Assembly: GCA_038087875.1 (NCBI GenBank)
Contig: CM075989.1
Coordinates: forward strand, 22,136,001 to 22,200,000
Length of the DNA stretch: 64,000 bases
Reading direction: 5' to 3'
DNA from: Malacoraja senta
Taxonomy: Eukaryota
Shown here: positions 37,511 to 49,541 of the stretch, one piece after another
Position numbering within the stretch: the stretch's first letter is position 1
Layout: each line of letters begins with the position of its first letter
Program-made: the position numbers and the translations under genes
The notes under the pieces: model-generated
The model's database searches: none
Told to the model about the DNA's origin: nothing
What the model saw: only the letters and a program-made list of their open reading frames with translations

Positions 37511-38973
37511 TAACTGTTTCTCAGCTATTCAAAAGAAAATCGGGCGGAGCTGATAACCATACTGAACCACCTTATCCGTCTTTAATGGCCATTATGTAGT
37601 CGGTAATGACAGCTAATGGAGGTGGACACAAGCCAGAATGTGCTTTTGCTCGATGGATCATTTCAGCGAAATCGGCTGGCGATCTTATAGCCCACCGAAA
37701 GCAAATCCAGCCCGGGATTTGTTGAGCAAGAGCAGAGGCCCAGAGAGATTCTGAGGAATGTCAGCTTGTCCAGTGCTGTGTCATTTAGCGATGACACTCA
37801 AAACATGTTGTAGCTGAACTGGTACTTTGAGGCAATTAAAGTTCATATCACAAATACCACTAATCACAGAAATACAGTGGCTGTTACGGCAAAGGTGGTT
37901 AAAGAGGTGTGGAATTTTGATGTGCGGGTCTAGACATGAGTAAATTATTCAGCCACTATGCTTTAACATTCTGCAAAATATAAGCCCTGTTTCTATTATG
38001 ATGCCAACAAAATTACAGCATGTCAACAATGATTAAATGCACTTAAGCTAATGCCTTTAACCCTTTTCCTTCACTAAAGAGAGACTTTTGTCGGGAAAAA
38101 TTGCATTCACTTCAATGAATGTGTCTTCCAACAAGAGGAAAGGCTGAACAAGAGTTGCAATGAATTTTTAAATGTTGAAACAATAGGGACGACTTAATGG
38201 GAAATCTATCGCACTGTGATCAATTAAAATATATACTTTAAAGCATGATACCAAAGCCCGAAACTGGCCAGCACTAAAGAATATTTCACTTCAGAACAGC
38301 GGTAGGGCACTCACCTCTCATGTATATTCAGTTCATTATTTCTTAATCTTCTCATCAGAAGATTAATCAAAAAAAATTAAGAGTGTACAATAAATTGCTA
38401 TTAATGGTTAAAAGCTTGTGAATGTGTAAGGGACACAAGTGGAGACTTTTCTGCATGCATGTTGCCAAGCAGGGCACAAAGGCTTGGATCGGTGAGGCTT
38501 AATTTACCTTTCAGCATAAAGAATCGATTTATGAGCGGCCTGATGGAACTCGACAGATTAATATTAATTAGCTCGGTTAGTGAACTGCTCCTTCTCAGGA
38601 GCACATTTAGTGACCAGTATCAGAGCAAATGAGAGATCTTCAGCAATCGTCGCTGCCTTCATCACTACCCAAAGGCCCATTCTTCAGCCTTTGAAGTGGT
38701 CGAGAGACATCAAAGTGAACATAAGAGTTCTGTGTAAAAAACCTGTGAAATTATACCTTGATGTTTTCTTTTATAGAGTTTGGGTGATGTTTTGCAGGGA
38801 ACAGGCAGATTTTGTTCATTGATACATTTTTAAATCCAATTCTGCAGTTCCTTTGTAGCCATCAGCGTAGACATCTTCATGTCAATGTCAGGTTGACAGT
38901 TCCATTGGTTACATTGAATTGGATTGATTGAGTGAAAGATGCAACATGGTAACAGACCCTCCTGCCACAGACC

Positions 38974-39355
38974 AGGGTGGCACGGTGGCGCAGATGTAGG
39001 CTTGCTGCCTCACTGCGCCAGAGACCCAGGTTCAAACCTGACCTCGGGTACTGTCTGTATAGAGTTTGTACGTTCTCCCCGTGACCTGCTTGGGTTTTTT
39101 TTTCGGGATCTCCGGCTTCCTCCCACACTCCAAAGACGTACAGGTTTGTAGGTTAATTGGCTTGGTGTAATTGTAAATTGGCCCTAGACACTGAGAAATG
39201 TTTAGAGAAGCCAATTAACCATGAAAGTCTTTGGAACCCGAAAGGAAACTGGAGCCTTTAGCAAACTCCACACAGACAGCACCCGAGGTTGGGATCGAAC
39301 CAGGGTCTCTGGTGCTTTGAGGGTGCAGATCTACCAATTGCGCCACTGTGCTACC
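38974..39355. mobile_element. Inverted pair of HE1-type SINEs (plus 38974-39190; minus ~39200-39355)
   Basis: tRNA-like heads at both outer ends. Confidence 0.85.
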
Positions 39356-39571
39356 CAAAAGGTTTCCACATTTCCCGAAAAGCGGAATGCAGGTGAGGTC
39401 CAATGCTGAGCTTGGAGGCAATAAGAAGTACATGTGAGTGTGCAGTTCAAATCTTACATCCAGGCACTAACTTGCCTTCAAGGTGCATTGAAAAGCATAT
39501 GGTTCTTTCAACGTTAAATTCCAAAATGGAGATTTGGAGAAATCAATGCATTTTGCACTCGAAGAAAGTAA

Positions 39572-39736
39572 AGGGCCTGTCCCTTCGAGTGCAAATGACA
39601 CGTGACGCCCACATGGTGCGTGGTGACGTAGACGGTGATGCGCGGTCGCGCGCGGCGCCCCAGGATTTTGGGATGTTCAAAATCTTCGCGCGCCATCTGC
39701 GTGACGCGCAAATGACGCCCAAGTGGGACAGGCCCT
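39572..39736. mobile_element. PIF/Harbinger-type MITE
   Basis: TIRs agggcctgtccc / gggacaggccct; TAA on both sides (39569-39571, 39737-39739); CpG-rich. Confidence 0.8.
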
Positions 39737-39799
39737 TAAGGTGCTTGCACAACCTTATGTCCTCCCACATCTTTCTCTTTGTTATAACAGGTGGGCACA

Positions 39800-40015
39800 A
39801 CTACTAGAGAGCAGTCCTGAACTACTATCCACCTCATTGTAAACCCTCGGACTATTTTTGATCAGACTTTACTGGCTTTATTTTGCACTAAACGTTATTC
39901 ACGCTATGCCCTTCATCACGTATCTTACAATGTATTGTCTTTCCACTGACTGGTTAGCCCGCAACATAGGCTTTTCACTGTACCTCGGTACACGTGACAA
40001 TAATCTAAACTCAAC
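39800..40015 (+). mobile_element. Rex1 3' UTR fragment
   Basis: gagagcagtcctgaactactatc...gcttttcactgtacctcggtacacgtgacaata. Confidence 0.8.
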
Positions 40016-40664
40016 ACAAGGAGCAAAGGTTATGAATGGGACATTGTGTGAAGTGGTAAGAGAAAATGAAAGTGTGTGTTTGCTTTCATAATGAGCATAA
40101 ATCATTATTCTCCTTCACAGTCACTGTTGTATCAGATGCAAATTCAAATCACACAGGTTTGCATTATATTGTAATTGGATTAACTATTGGCAGTTAAATT
40201 CAACTGGAAACTTATACAGCAATAAGCTACTACCGTCAAAATACTCACGGTGCCAGAAGTTACTCACTCTGAACCATTGCAAGGACTCTAATTCAACACT
40301 GAGCCACTGAGATTCTAATTTCTTTCCCCTATTGTGAACCATCTCTTTATCACATTCCTGTCTCCTGCACACTCACCTCCAACAAGATGCAAATAGCTCA
40401 TGGACTTCTTTGAAATCTTCTGACCTATTAATTCTGCAGAAGCCTCCCACACCACCCTACTCAACACAGAGCCATATTTCCAATCTTCATCCCAGCCTGG
40501 TTAGATTCTGCATTTTCTCTTCTTCCCATTTTGTTTCACAAACTCGTCTTTGCTGAGAATCCCACCTTCCAATCTCTCAACTCTGTTGCTTTCTGGTCCT
40601 CTGTGCTAAGTATGTTGTGAACGGTACACTTTCCTCAGATGCTGCGGCCAATGGTCTTTGCCAT

Positions 40665-40903
40665 TAGATGGACACAAAATGCTGGAGTAACACAACGGGT
40701 CATGCAGAATCTTCGGAGAAAAGGGACAAGTGACATTTTGGGTTGAGACACTTCTTCAAACTGTCTGAAGTCTGTAGAAGGGTCTCAACATGAAACGTCA
40801 CCTATTCCTTCTCTCCAGAGATGCTGCCTGACCCACTGAGTTAATCAAGCATTTTGTGTCCATCTTTGGTGTAAACCAGCATCTGCAGTTCCTTCCTACA
40901 CAC
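40665..40903. mobile_element. PLE terminal inverted pair with 10-bp TSD
   Basis: tctttgccat at 40655-40664 and 40904-40913; arms meet at ~40770 between two decayed hammerheads. Confidence 0.85.
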
Positions 40904-40964
40904 TCTTTGCCATCACGTCCCTCAAATAAAACAAATCCAGCACCGCAAGCTCCTGCCCCCAAGT

Positions 40965-41022
40965 CCATACTTGAGTATTAGAAAGGCGCTATATAAATAT
41001 AATCCATTATTATTATTATTAT
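40965..41022 (+). mobile_element. L2-type 3' tail
   Basis: gaaaggcgctatataaatataatccattattattatt. Confidence 0.55.
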
Positions 41023-41972
41023 ACTTCAAAATGTGGTGCTCTCCCATCTATCCGGACCCATCACGATGCTCTCATCTCCTTACACCACCGCTGCCTGCAG
41101 CCTGGTGATGGTATAATGGAGCCACTTTGTGATACCACCTCTAACACGCAGAGAGACACATGCCTTCGCCATTCGAATTTTTTTTTGCAAATGATGCAAG
41201 GCCCCAAAGTTTTACAGAACCTTTGCATCCTTTCACTGTCTGGGAAGGAAGTGCCTGTAAATGAATAAATACAGCATTTCCAGCTGCAGGGACGGACTGC
41301 CAGCGACAAGGCTGGTGCACCAACATGCCTCTCCCCCACCCCCCCCCCCCCATAAAACGTGTTTGCTGATAATGCTACTGTCTGCAACCCCCAGCCTCCC
41401 TGAACACAAAGGTTCAAAGACAGAGTTAACCATCACCTGCTGAAGCTGGGGTTGTTGGAGCACGCATTAGGCCAAGGGAAGTCTCTGGACGTGCCCTTGT
41501 CACCCGGCTCGTATTCTCAAGGCCATTTCCCCGCACTCTCAGCCACTACCCGAGTCAGCTCCAGGAGAAATCTGTCCTCATTAGCACTGCCCCTGGCTGC
41601 ACTTTGTTGTCATGCCACCTTAATATACAAAAACAAAAACCAACTGAGGTGGCAGCTTTGCGGGAAAGATACAGCGGCCCTGGGGATTGCAGCAGCATGG
41701 ATATTGTAATGTTGACCTTCTGGAGAACAACATGACATTTCAGCATTGAAATAAAGAAGCAATCCAGGCGCGCAGTGAAGAGACGCACAAACAGTGTGGG
41801 CTATAAAGGCAGATGGAATGGAGGCGAAACAGGAGAAAGTGAAGTTGGGAGATATTACTATCAGTTAATAACAGCCAGCACTGACACACTCCAGCCATTA
41901 CCATTGTTGTGCTAGGACATTATAATCATTTTACTGCTATTTATTTTATTGCTAATCATTTTATTGTTACGT

Positions 41973-42060
41973 AAGGCAGCAGCTCTGGAGAGAAGGAATG
42001 GGTGGAGACCCTTCTTCAGACTAGAGATATGGAAGAGTAAGGTGTGAAAAAGATCAAACA
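41973..42060 (-). mobile_element. PLE terminal fragment (deleted)
   Basis: aggcagcagctctggagagaaggaatgggtg-gagacccttcttcagact. Confidence 0.7.
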
Positions 42061-42387
42061 TAAGGAAATTATCGCTAAAATGACTGAGCACAGTTTCAAC
42101 ACAATATAATCCACATTGCCGACAGTGGCTTAAATTAATTCCGATAAAACGCCTTTCCATTATTACAACAAACTATGAGTTCATTTATATTGAACGGCAA
42201 ATGGAAGGAATAGTTTGCAAATGTGTTACGTGACGTGGTGAGGAAAACATGATTATAATCGAATAATAATATTTATGCTAATCCTCAAAACGTATGCATA
42301 ACTCAGAGGGCTTCTTCATGTCAAATAAATAATTTCAAAATACCTCGGGATGGAATGCTAAACATTACCAAAGGATTGTTTAATGGG

Positions 42388-43460
42388 TAGACACAAAGTG
42401 CAAGAGTGACACAGCAGGACAGGCAGCTTCTCTGGAGAGAAGGAATGGGTGACGTTACGGGTCGACACCTTCTTCAGACTCAAGCCCCTGTCCCACTTAC
42501 TTGTCCTTGGCACGCTAATTACGCGACCTCGTGGTCGCGTTGAGGCGCGACGGTCCCGCAAAAGTCGCGCGCGACTTCATTCGACCGCACAGCCGTCTGG
42601 AGCACGTGACGTCATTTGAGGATGGACACAAAATGCAGGAGTAACTCAGCGGGACCGGCAGCATCTCTGGAGAGAAGGAATGGATGACGTTTCATGTTGA
42701 GACTCTTCTTCAGTCTGAAAGAAGGGTCTAGACCTGAAACGTCACCCATTCCTTCTCTCCAGAGATGCTGCCTGGTCCCGCTGAGTTACTCTGCATTTTA
42801 TGTCAATCTTCAATTTTCTTGGACCCGCTCTGGGAGTAGAGGTGGGGGCGGATCCGGACCGCAACGGCTGTGAGCCCCAGGCCGAGCTCGGACGATCATT
42901 TGCCTGCTTCTGCTGCAGTTGGAGGTGAGACGTTGCGTCGCACCAGGGTCTTGGGCCTGTCCCACTTTGGGGCCGTCAGTTACGCGACAGGCCGGTGGCG
43001 CGCGAAGATTTTGTTCACTACAAACATTTCGGAGCCCCGCGCAATATCGCGCACAACTACATACTCCTCCGCGCTTCTCAGAGGGACAGGCCCGCGTGGC
43101 CATACGATGCCCGGGCACCTCAACGCGACCACGAGGTTGTGTAATTTACGTGCCAAGGACACGTAAGTGGGACAGGCCCTTCAGAGTCAGGGGAGAGGGA
43201 GTCTAGAGATAAGGAAAGGGTAAGATGTGGAAATGACAGATCAAAGCACAAGGAAATGGCTCATTGTCGGCTGAGGGAAAGATGACAAGGAGGCATACAA
43301 TAAGTAAAATTAATCCGAAGGACAGTGAAACTACTCGGTAAACTACGGTGGGGGAGGGACGGAAAGAGAAGGAAAGTAAGCGTTACTTGAAGTTAGAGAA
43401 ATCAATAGTCATACCGCTGGGTTGTAAGCTGCCCAGCAAAATAGGTGCTCCAATTTGCAT
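42388..43460 (-). mobile_element. PLE 3' fragment split by a Harbinger MITE
   Basis: Terminal repeat 42388-42482 resumes at 43181; cataccgctgggttgtaagctgccc = GSLQPSGM on the minus strand. Confidence 0.8.
42483..43180. mobile_element. Composite PIF/Harbinger-type MITE (~700 bp)
   Basis: ~65-bp imperfect TIRs; TCA on both sides (42480-42482, 43181-43183); contains a PLE palindrome (42620-42810) and an inner MITE (42953-43093). Confidence 0.8.
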
Positions 43461-43649
43461 TGTTTCATGGTGTGCAATCCTGCTGTAGACCATCGCTCCA
43501 TGGGGATGTTCTCAATTTGAATGTCGCATATGTGTTTACACCACGTTGAACATGGAACTCAGCTGCTGGAATCTGTCTACACCATGGGATCAGAAGCGAT
43601 GTTAGTCATTGTCGTGGCAAGTGCATTTGGTTAGCCAAATAACAGTAAT

Positions 43650-43971
43650 GTTTAGTTTAGATTAGTTTAGAGATACAGCACGGAAACAGGTCCTTCAGCC
43701 CACCGAGTCCATACTGACCAGCGATCCCCACACATTAACACTATCCTACACACTCGGGACAATTTACACTTATACCAACCCAATTTACCTACATACCTTT
43801 ACGTCTTTGGAGAGTGGAAGGAAACCAAAGATCTCGGCAAAAACCCACACGGTCATGGAGAAAACATACACTCTCCATTGCAGACAGCACCCGTAGTCGG
43901 GATCGAACCTGGGTCTCCGGCGCTGCAAGTGCTGTAAGGCAGCAACTCTACCGCTCCGCCACCGTGTCGCC
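43650..43971 (-). mobile_element. HE1-type V-SINE, full length
   Basis: Reverse complement of head, V-domain and tail. Confidence 0.9.
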
Positions 43972-44227
43972 CTTGCCTTTCTTGGTTACCTCAATGAAGG
44001 CATTAATCTAATCAGACAATTCATCGATGAAGCAGAATAGCTCCCCAGAATGGGACCACCAATGGGACTCAATTTAGACAATGATTTGCTCAACTTACAC
44101 AACGCAGTGGGTTTGGAGATTAAAACAAAGCTCGAGGAGCAAGAACTCTAGGTGCATGAACTGTTTATATGCAATTAAAATGCTATTTACCTTGATAAGG
44201 ATGGATGAAAGCTGAGCCGTAACAAGG

Positions 44228-44330
44228 GAGAAGGACCTTGACCCGAAACATCACCCATTCCTGCTGTCCAGAGATGCTGCCTATTCTGCTGAGTTATTCC
44301 AGCATTTTGTGTCTATCTTCGGTAGAAACA
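44228..44330 (+). mobile_element. PLE terminal fragment
   Basis: gacccgaaacatcacccattcc...gctgagttattccagcattttgtgtctatcttcgg. Confidence 0.8.
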
Positions 44331-44584
44331 GTTGAAGTTTAGCAGAGGATTTCAAAAGATTCCAAATTATTTGCAAAGCAACAGGGCTGCATAAAATATA
44401 CATTATATTATAGAAATAAACTGGTTGCAACAACAATCATCGTTGTTGACTTTAATTTTAATCCATTCTCTGTTTCTTCCACTGTCCTCAAAAAACCTCC
44501 TGAACCTATTTGGATGGAGACTTCACTGTCTCAACTTATGGTGTGTGGAGTCCTTTATTTCAATCTATTTTAGTTGGTAGGAAC

Positions 44585-44725
44585 GTGTGGGAAGGAACTA
44601 CAGATGCTGGTTTACACCGAAAATAGCACAAAAAGCTGGAGTAACTCAGCGGGTTAGGTAGCATCTCTGGATAGAAGGGAGCTGCCTGTCCCGCTGTGTT
44701 ACTCCAGCATGTTTTGTCTATCTTT
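44585..44725. mobile_element. PLE inverted pair with the centre deleted
   Basis: gctggagtaactcagcggg / cccgctgtgttactccagc arms. Confidence 0.75.
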
Positions 44726-46409
44726 AGTTACTTGGAGTTGTGTAATGTTTTATAAGGTTGGAGTACTATGAACCATAATGTTAAGGTAGAACAAGGTACA
44801 TATGATGTTGATTGTTTGCAATGGTTACAGGTAATCATTGCTGCTAAGTTAAATGGGCATTTATTTTATTAAATAACTGCAAGGTGAACAAACACGTAAA
44901 AACTACAACTATATATCCTCAACTAAAATTTGCTATAACCCACAATTAATGAAACTGAAAGCATAATTATTTTACCATTTTCGATTTTGTTAATTTTTCT
45001 CTCTATGTGAATGTGTACTATCACAACAGCAATTTGAGACATGGATAAAAAATGATTAAACGTCATTAAGGCTGCATATCATGTTTAATATTCATATTGT
45101 GTTAAAAATAAATGTAGCCAAAGTAGAAAAGGACATCAGCACACTACTAATTAGTCAAAATCTAGGAGACATATGCAGAAAATGAATTGGTTCTATTTTA
45201 AATATAGGCATTGACATTGGACTGTGTTGTGTTAGTTGAAATGTCATTAAAAAAATTTGGTATTGATATACCAAGAGAAATGTGTAGTTCCCAACATTTC
45301 TATTCATAACTATATCAGCAAAGAAAAACTTTCCATAATACTCCTCATCTCACAATTGTTTTAATCTAGGGTATAAACCCATAAAAGAATGATTGGGTGA
45401 ACACTAATTATTAAAGCAGTGGAGAAATGTCAGAGGAATGGACCAAGCAATTGTTCTTTACGGCTACCAACAGTAATTTCTTTACTTGTTTCTGTGTAAA
45501 CTGTTTCGAAAATATATCATCGCACTAATCTTCATTATCTGGTGTTTTCCCTCTCACATAATTAAGCAATAAATTGCGTAGAGAACAAATGAACACTTCA
45601 AAGTACAAATTCCACCATACCCAGCAATTAAAGATATATTTGGAAAAGTATTTACATTTTGGAAACATCCCATTAAAACAGGTTCAATCACAGATCCATT
45701 CAGAGCTTAAAATGTAATATAGAAACAGAAGTCATTTGATTCTAATCAGTCTTGCATTAATAACCTACACAAATTTTATTAATTATAGGCGCCTATATGT
45801 TATATAGTCCATTTAGTAATAAGGCAATTAAAAACAATGCTATTCCCCACTGTTGTCTCATTGCAGAAGTGATCAAAGTGCCTAAAGCAGGAGAGAGGAA
45901 AGTCTCTCATCATGGGATAGGTCTCTTGCCTTAGGCTACACTGCCTCATTAAAGACAGAAAGATGCTGTTGATCGCCAATTAACCTGATTTGTTGGAACT
46001 CTGATAGAGACCTCAGATGAAGCCAATTTTCTTCTCTAAATGAATGACAACAGTTATTGACAGAAATGCAACTCTCACTTAAAAGGAACATAAAGGAATG
46101 AGTGAATTGTATGTATGTTTAGGAGAATTCAGAATGAAAGTATAAACAGTCTTTGATAAAAGAATATGTGCACTGCAGGGTTTAATTAGTGTGGGTAACT
46201 GCTATGTGCTCCAGAAGCACTAGAGAAGAAGAATATGATCTGTAAAAGCAATGTGAACAAGCCCTTTGTTTCTATTTTATAATTAACATTATTGAAGTTT
46301 CAATGCAAGTTTATAAAGAGCTTTTTTTGAGCTATCTACAGATCATACTGCTGCAAAACTTCACAAGTCAGTAATTGTTTTACCTTTTTAGTTTTTCGGA
46401 GTGGGAAAA

Positions 46410-46875
46410 TTACTATCGAGGAGTCGGAGCATAACACAGACCAGTGGACGGAAAGAGACAGAGGATGTTTTGGGACAGGGCCTTTCTTCACATTGTTTCT
46501 CAAGCCTGAAGAAGGGTCCCAACTTGACATGTCACCTAAGATAGACACAAAAAGTTGGAGTAACTCAGCGGGTCAGGCAGCATCTCTGGAAAGAAGGAAT
46601 AGATTAAGTTTCAGGTCGAGACCCTACTTCTGAGGGTCTGAAGAAGGGTCTCAACCCAAAACTTCACCCATTCCTTTTCTCCAGAGATACTGCCTGACGC
46701 CGCTGAGTTACTCCAGCCATTTGTGACTATAATCGGTTTCAAGCAGCATCTGCAGTTCCTTCCGGCACATCATCTGCCCGTTGCCCTTCCCAGATGCTGT
46801 CTTATCCACTGAGTCCCTCCTGCAGTCTGTTTTTTGCTCAAAATTCCAGCATCTGCCTTCTCTTGCATCTCTACT
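46410..46875. mobile_element. Nested PLE inverted pairs (younger 46539-46770 inside an older one)
   Basis: Centre at ~46630: gagggtctgaagaagggtctcaacccaaaacttcaccc. Confidence 0.7.
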
Positions 46876-47004
46876 GAGAAGTGGGTACATGAGATTTACT
46901 TTGCAATTGCAAACTGTACCATTACTATCGCTGCAACATGAAACACTTGGAGACTGAAGGAGGTTTGCATCTGATTTCATTTTTGCAGCTTTCTCATGAT
47001 CACT

Positions 47005-47170
47005 TAGTCATAGTCATGCAACGTGGAAACAGGCTCATCGGCCCAACTTGCCCACACTGACCTGCCTGTCCCATAACTAGTCCCACCTGCCTGCATCTAA
47101 CCCATATTCCTCTAAACCTATCCTATCCATGTACTTGTCTAAGTGTTTCTTAAATGTCGTAAAAGTACCT
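47005..47170 (-). mobile_element. HER1-like CR1 3' end
   Basis: Same family as 9055-9230. Confidence 0.8.
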
Positions 47171-47439
47171 GTTACTTATTCTTGTTCATATTATTGAACA
47201 TAAATAAAATGTTTAAACAATTGCAATAGAACTCATAGAGGTACAGTTGCCTCGGTGAAATGCTAATATGAACACATCTATCACTGACATTATTAGAGGA
47301 AGGAAGTGAAATTCACAAAAGTCTGATTAACTTGCCACAAAACAGTGTCTTTTCACCAATTGTATACTGTGGGTTATAGCAATGTAATTGACTCACTTTC
47401 TCTCTCCAAGATTATTGTCAAAAAGTATCATTAGTGTAT

Positions 47440-47680
47440 ATAGACACAAAACGCTTGAGTAAGTCAGCAGGACAGGCAGCATCTCCAGAGAGAAGGAATG
47501 GGTGACGTTTGGGGTCGAGACCCTTCCTCAGACTGAGAGTCCGGGGGAAAAGGAAACAAGAGATATAGACGGTGATGTAGAGAGAGATAGAACAAATGCA
47601 TGCAAGATATGCAAAAGGTAACGATGATAAAGGGAACATGCCATTTGTTAGTTGTTTTCTACGTGAGAACGAGAAGCGAC
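47440..47680 (-). mobile_element. PLE terminal plus 3' UTR fragment
   Basis: Collinear with 1017-1240. Confidence 0.8.
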
Positions 47681-47734
47681 TTGGGCGAACATTTCTTTCA
47701 CCTCTTTTTCTCCTTTTATTTAATTTGGTAAGTT

Positions 47735-47950
47735 CATACAGCATAGGAACAGCCTCTTCGGCCCATCATATCCATGCCAAAGATGATGCCAGGTTGTTAT
47801 TCTTCTCTACCTGCATGTGATCCATATCCCTCCATTACCTGCATATCCATGTGCCTATCGAAAAGCCTCTAAAACACCACTATTGTACCTGCCTCCACCA
47901 TCACCCCTGTCAGCATGTTCTAGGCACCCACAACCCTATGTGTTAAAAAA
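47735..47950 (-). mobile_element. CR1 3' fragment
   Basis: Same family as 32080-32310. Confidence 0.7.
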
Positions 47951-49059
47951 AATTGCCTCGTAAGAAGGGGCTGAGAATTAAGCATTTTAAATATAAAATA
48001 TTTGCACTTAAGCTATTGTGCCTTGGAAAATATTTTAGCTCTGGAAACATTTCTCAAGAAATAATTAATTACAAATATATAACCTTGAACTGACGGAAAA
48101 CACGAACATTCTGTGTCAGATTTTACATTGTCACAATTAAACGATCTGAAATATTTTGAAGTACAAATAAAATGATGTGGCGATCATTGTGTGCATGTGT
48201 ATGTATGCATGTATGTATGTGTTTGTGTGTGTATGTGAGTGTGCATGCGTGCGTGTGTGTAGTGGTCGGGGATGTGTGGGATATATGTTAAGAATAAGGG
48301 GTGGAACTTTGAGACCAAGGGCAGGTTGTTTGGATTGAGTGGTGTTCCTGCACTGATTTCACTGCATAAAACTTTCTAAATGAGAGATGTAATCACTCAG
48401 ACACTCTCAGAGATATTATGGAAATCAATTAAAAATAGGCTTGAAGCTTAATGTTATAGCATGTGGTATCAACGGAATTACACCAGAAAAATCAATATGA
48501 TTGGTTAGATGATATAATGAATAGGTTGAATCAATTAGAGAGGTGTAGAACGCAGCGGGTTCATGCCTATTGGCCATACGGAGTGACTGCAGGCCATTGA
48601 TAATAAAACAAAAGGTATCTATGACATTAAAACTGAAAATATTCAGTAGGTCAGGCGGTACCTGTGGAGAGAGAAATACAGTTAATGTTTCAAGTCAGGG
48701 GTCCATCAGGAATCTTCGATTTGATCTAAATGTATGGTTTCAAAGATGATTTGTAAATAAACACTCTCTGTATGCCTGTTGTAATACAATACTCCCTGCT
48801 ATAACACATTTCATCCATTCTTAAAGCTCTCAAAATTTCATTTTGGCAAAGCTAACTCGATTTCTGTGTTATTATTTATACAAAACATGGTTATACTCAT
48901 TTGTAAAAGAAAGGAGGCTGTGCACAAAAAACAAGACATAATGCAAAAACATAATGAGATAGAAATACAAGTCCATGATTGTACAAGAGGTGGACTATGG
49001 TGCCAGTAGTTGAGATAGGAAAGGGCCCATATGATGTACATTAGATCACTGGATATTTT

Positions 49060-49235
49060 CAATGGATATTTTTAAGACAGAGATAGATAGATTCTTGATT
49101 AGTACAGGTGTCAGGGTAATAGGGAGAAGGCATGAGAATAGGGTTAGGAGAGAGAGATAGATCAGTCATGATTGAATGGCAGAGTAGACTTGATGGGCTG
49201 AATGTCCTAATTCTGTTCCTATGACTTACGACTTC
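49060..49235 (+). mobile_element. CR1 3' terminal fragment
   Basis: ggatatttttaagacagagatagatagattcttgattagt...gggctgaatgtcctaattctg. Confidence 0.8.
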
Positions 49236-49389
49236 AAGAAAGAATCGTGCTTCATATAATTTGAGAAATGATGTGAAGAAGATAAGTTGGCAAAGTGAGA
49301 ATGTGGGATTAGAATGTTGGTTAACATAAAAGGAAATCTAAAATTCTTCTATCAGAATTGAAATAAATCAATATGTTCTTAGAATCTTT

Positions 49390-49541
49390 CTTCTTCTTCT
49401 TCTTCTTCTTCTTGCGTATGGCGTGCACAGCCTAAAGTTGTAGGACAACTTGTTCTATTTGATCTTATTTGATTGCGCACACCGGGTTGATTACATTCGT
49501 CGAAACAGGCGGACCACGTGAAGGTTGCAATCTCCCACCCC
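49390..49541 (-). mobile_element. Short ribozyme-headed retroposon (Ingi/Vingi-like) with (AAG)n tail and 9-bp TSD
   Basis: TSD agaatcttt at 49381-49389 and 49543-49551; 3' end gccatacgc(aag)n. Confidence 0.8.
49489..49541 (-). ncRNA. HDV/CPEB3-like self-cleaving ribozyme candidate
   Basis: GGGGUGG GA GAUUGCA ACC UUCACGU GGU CCGCCU G UUUCGA C GAA UGUAAUC: P1, P2, P3, L3, P1.1, mini-P4 and catalytic C all in order. Confidence 0.8.
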
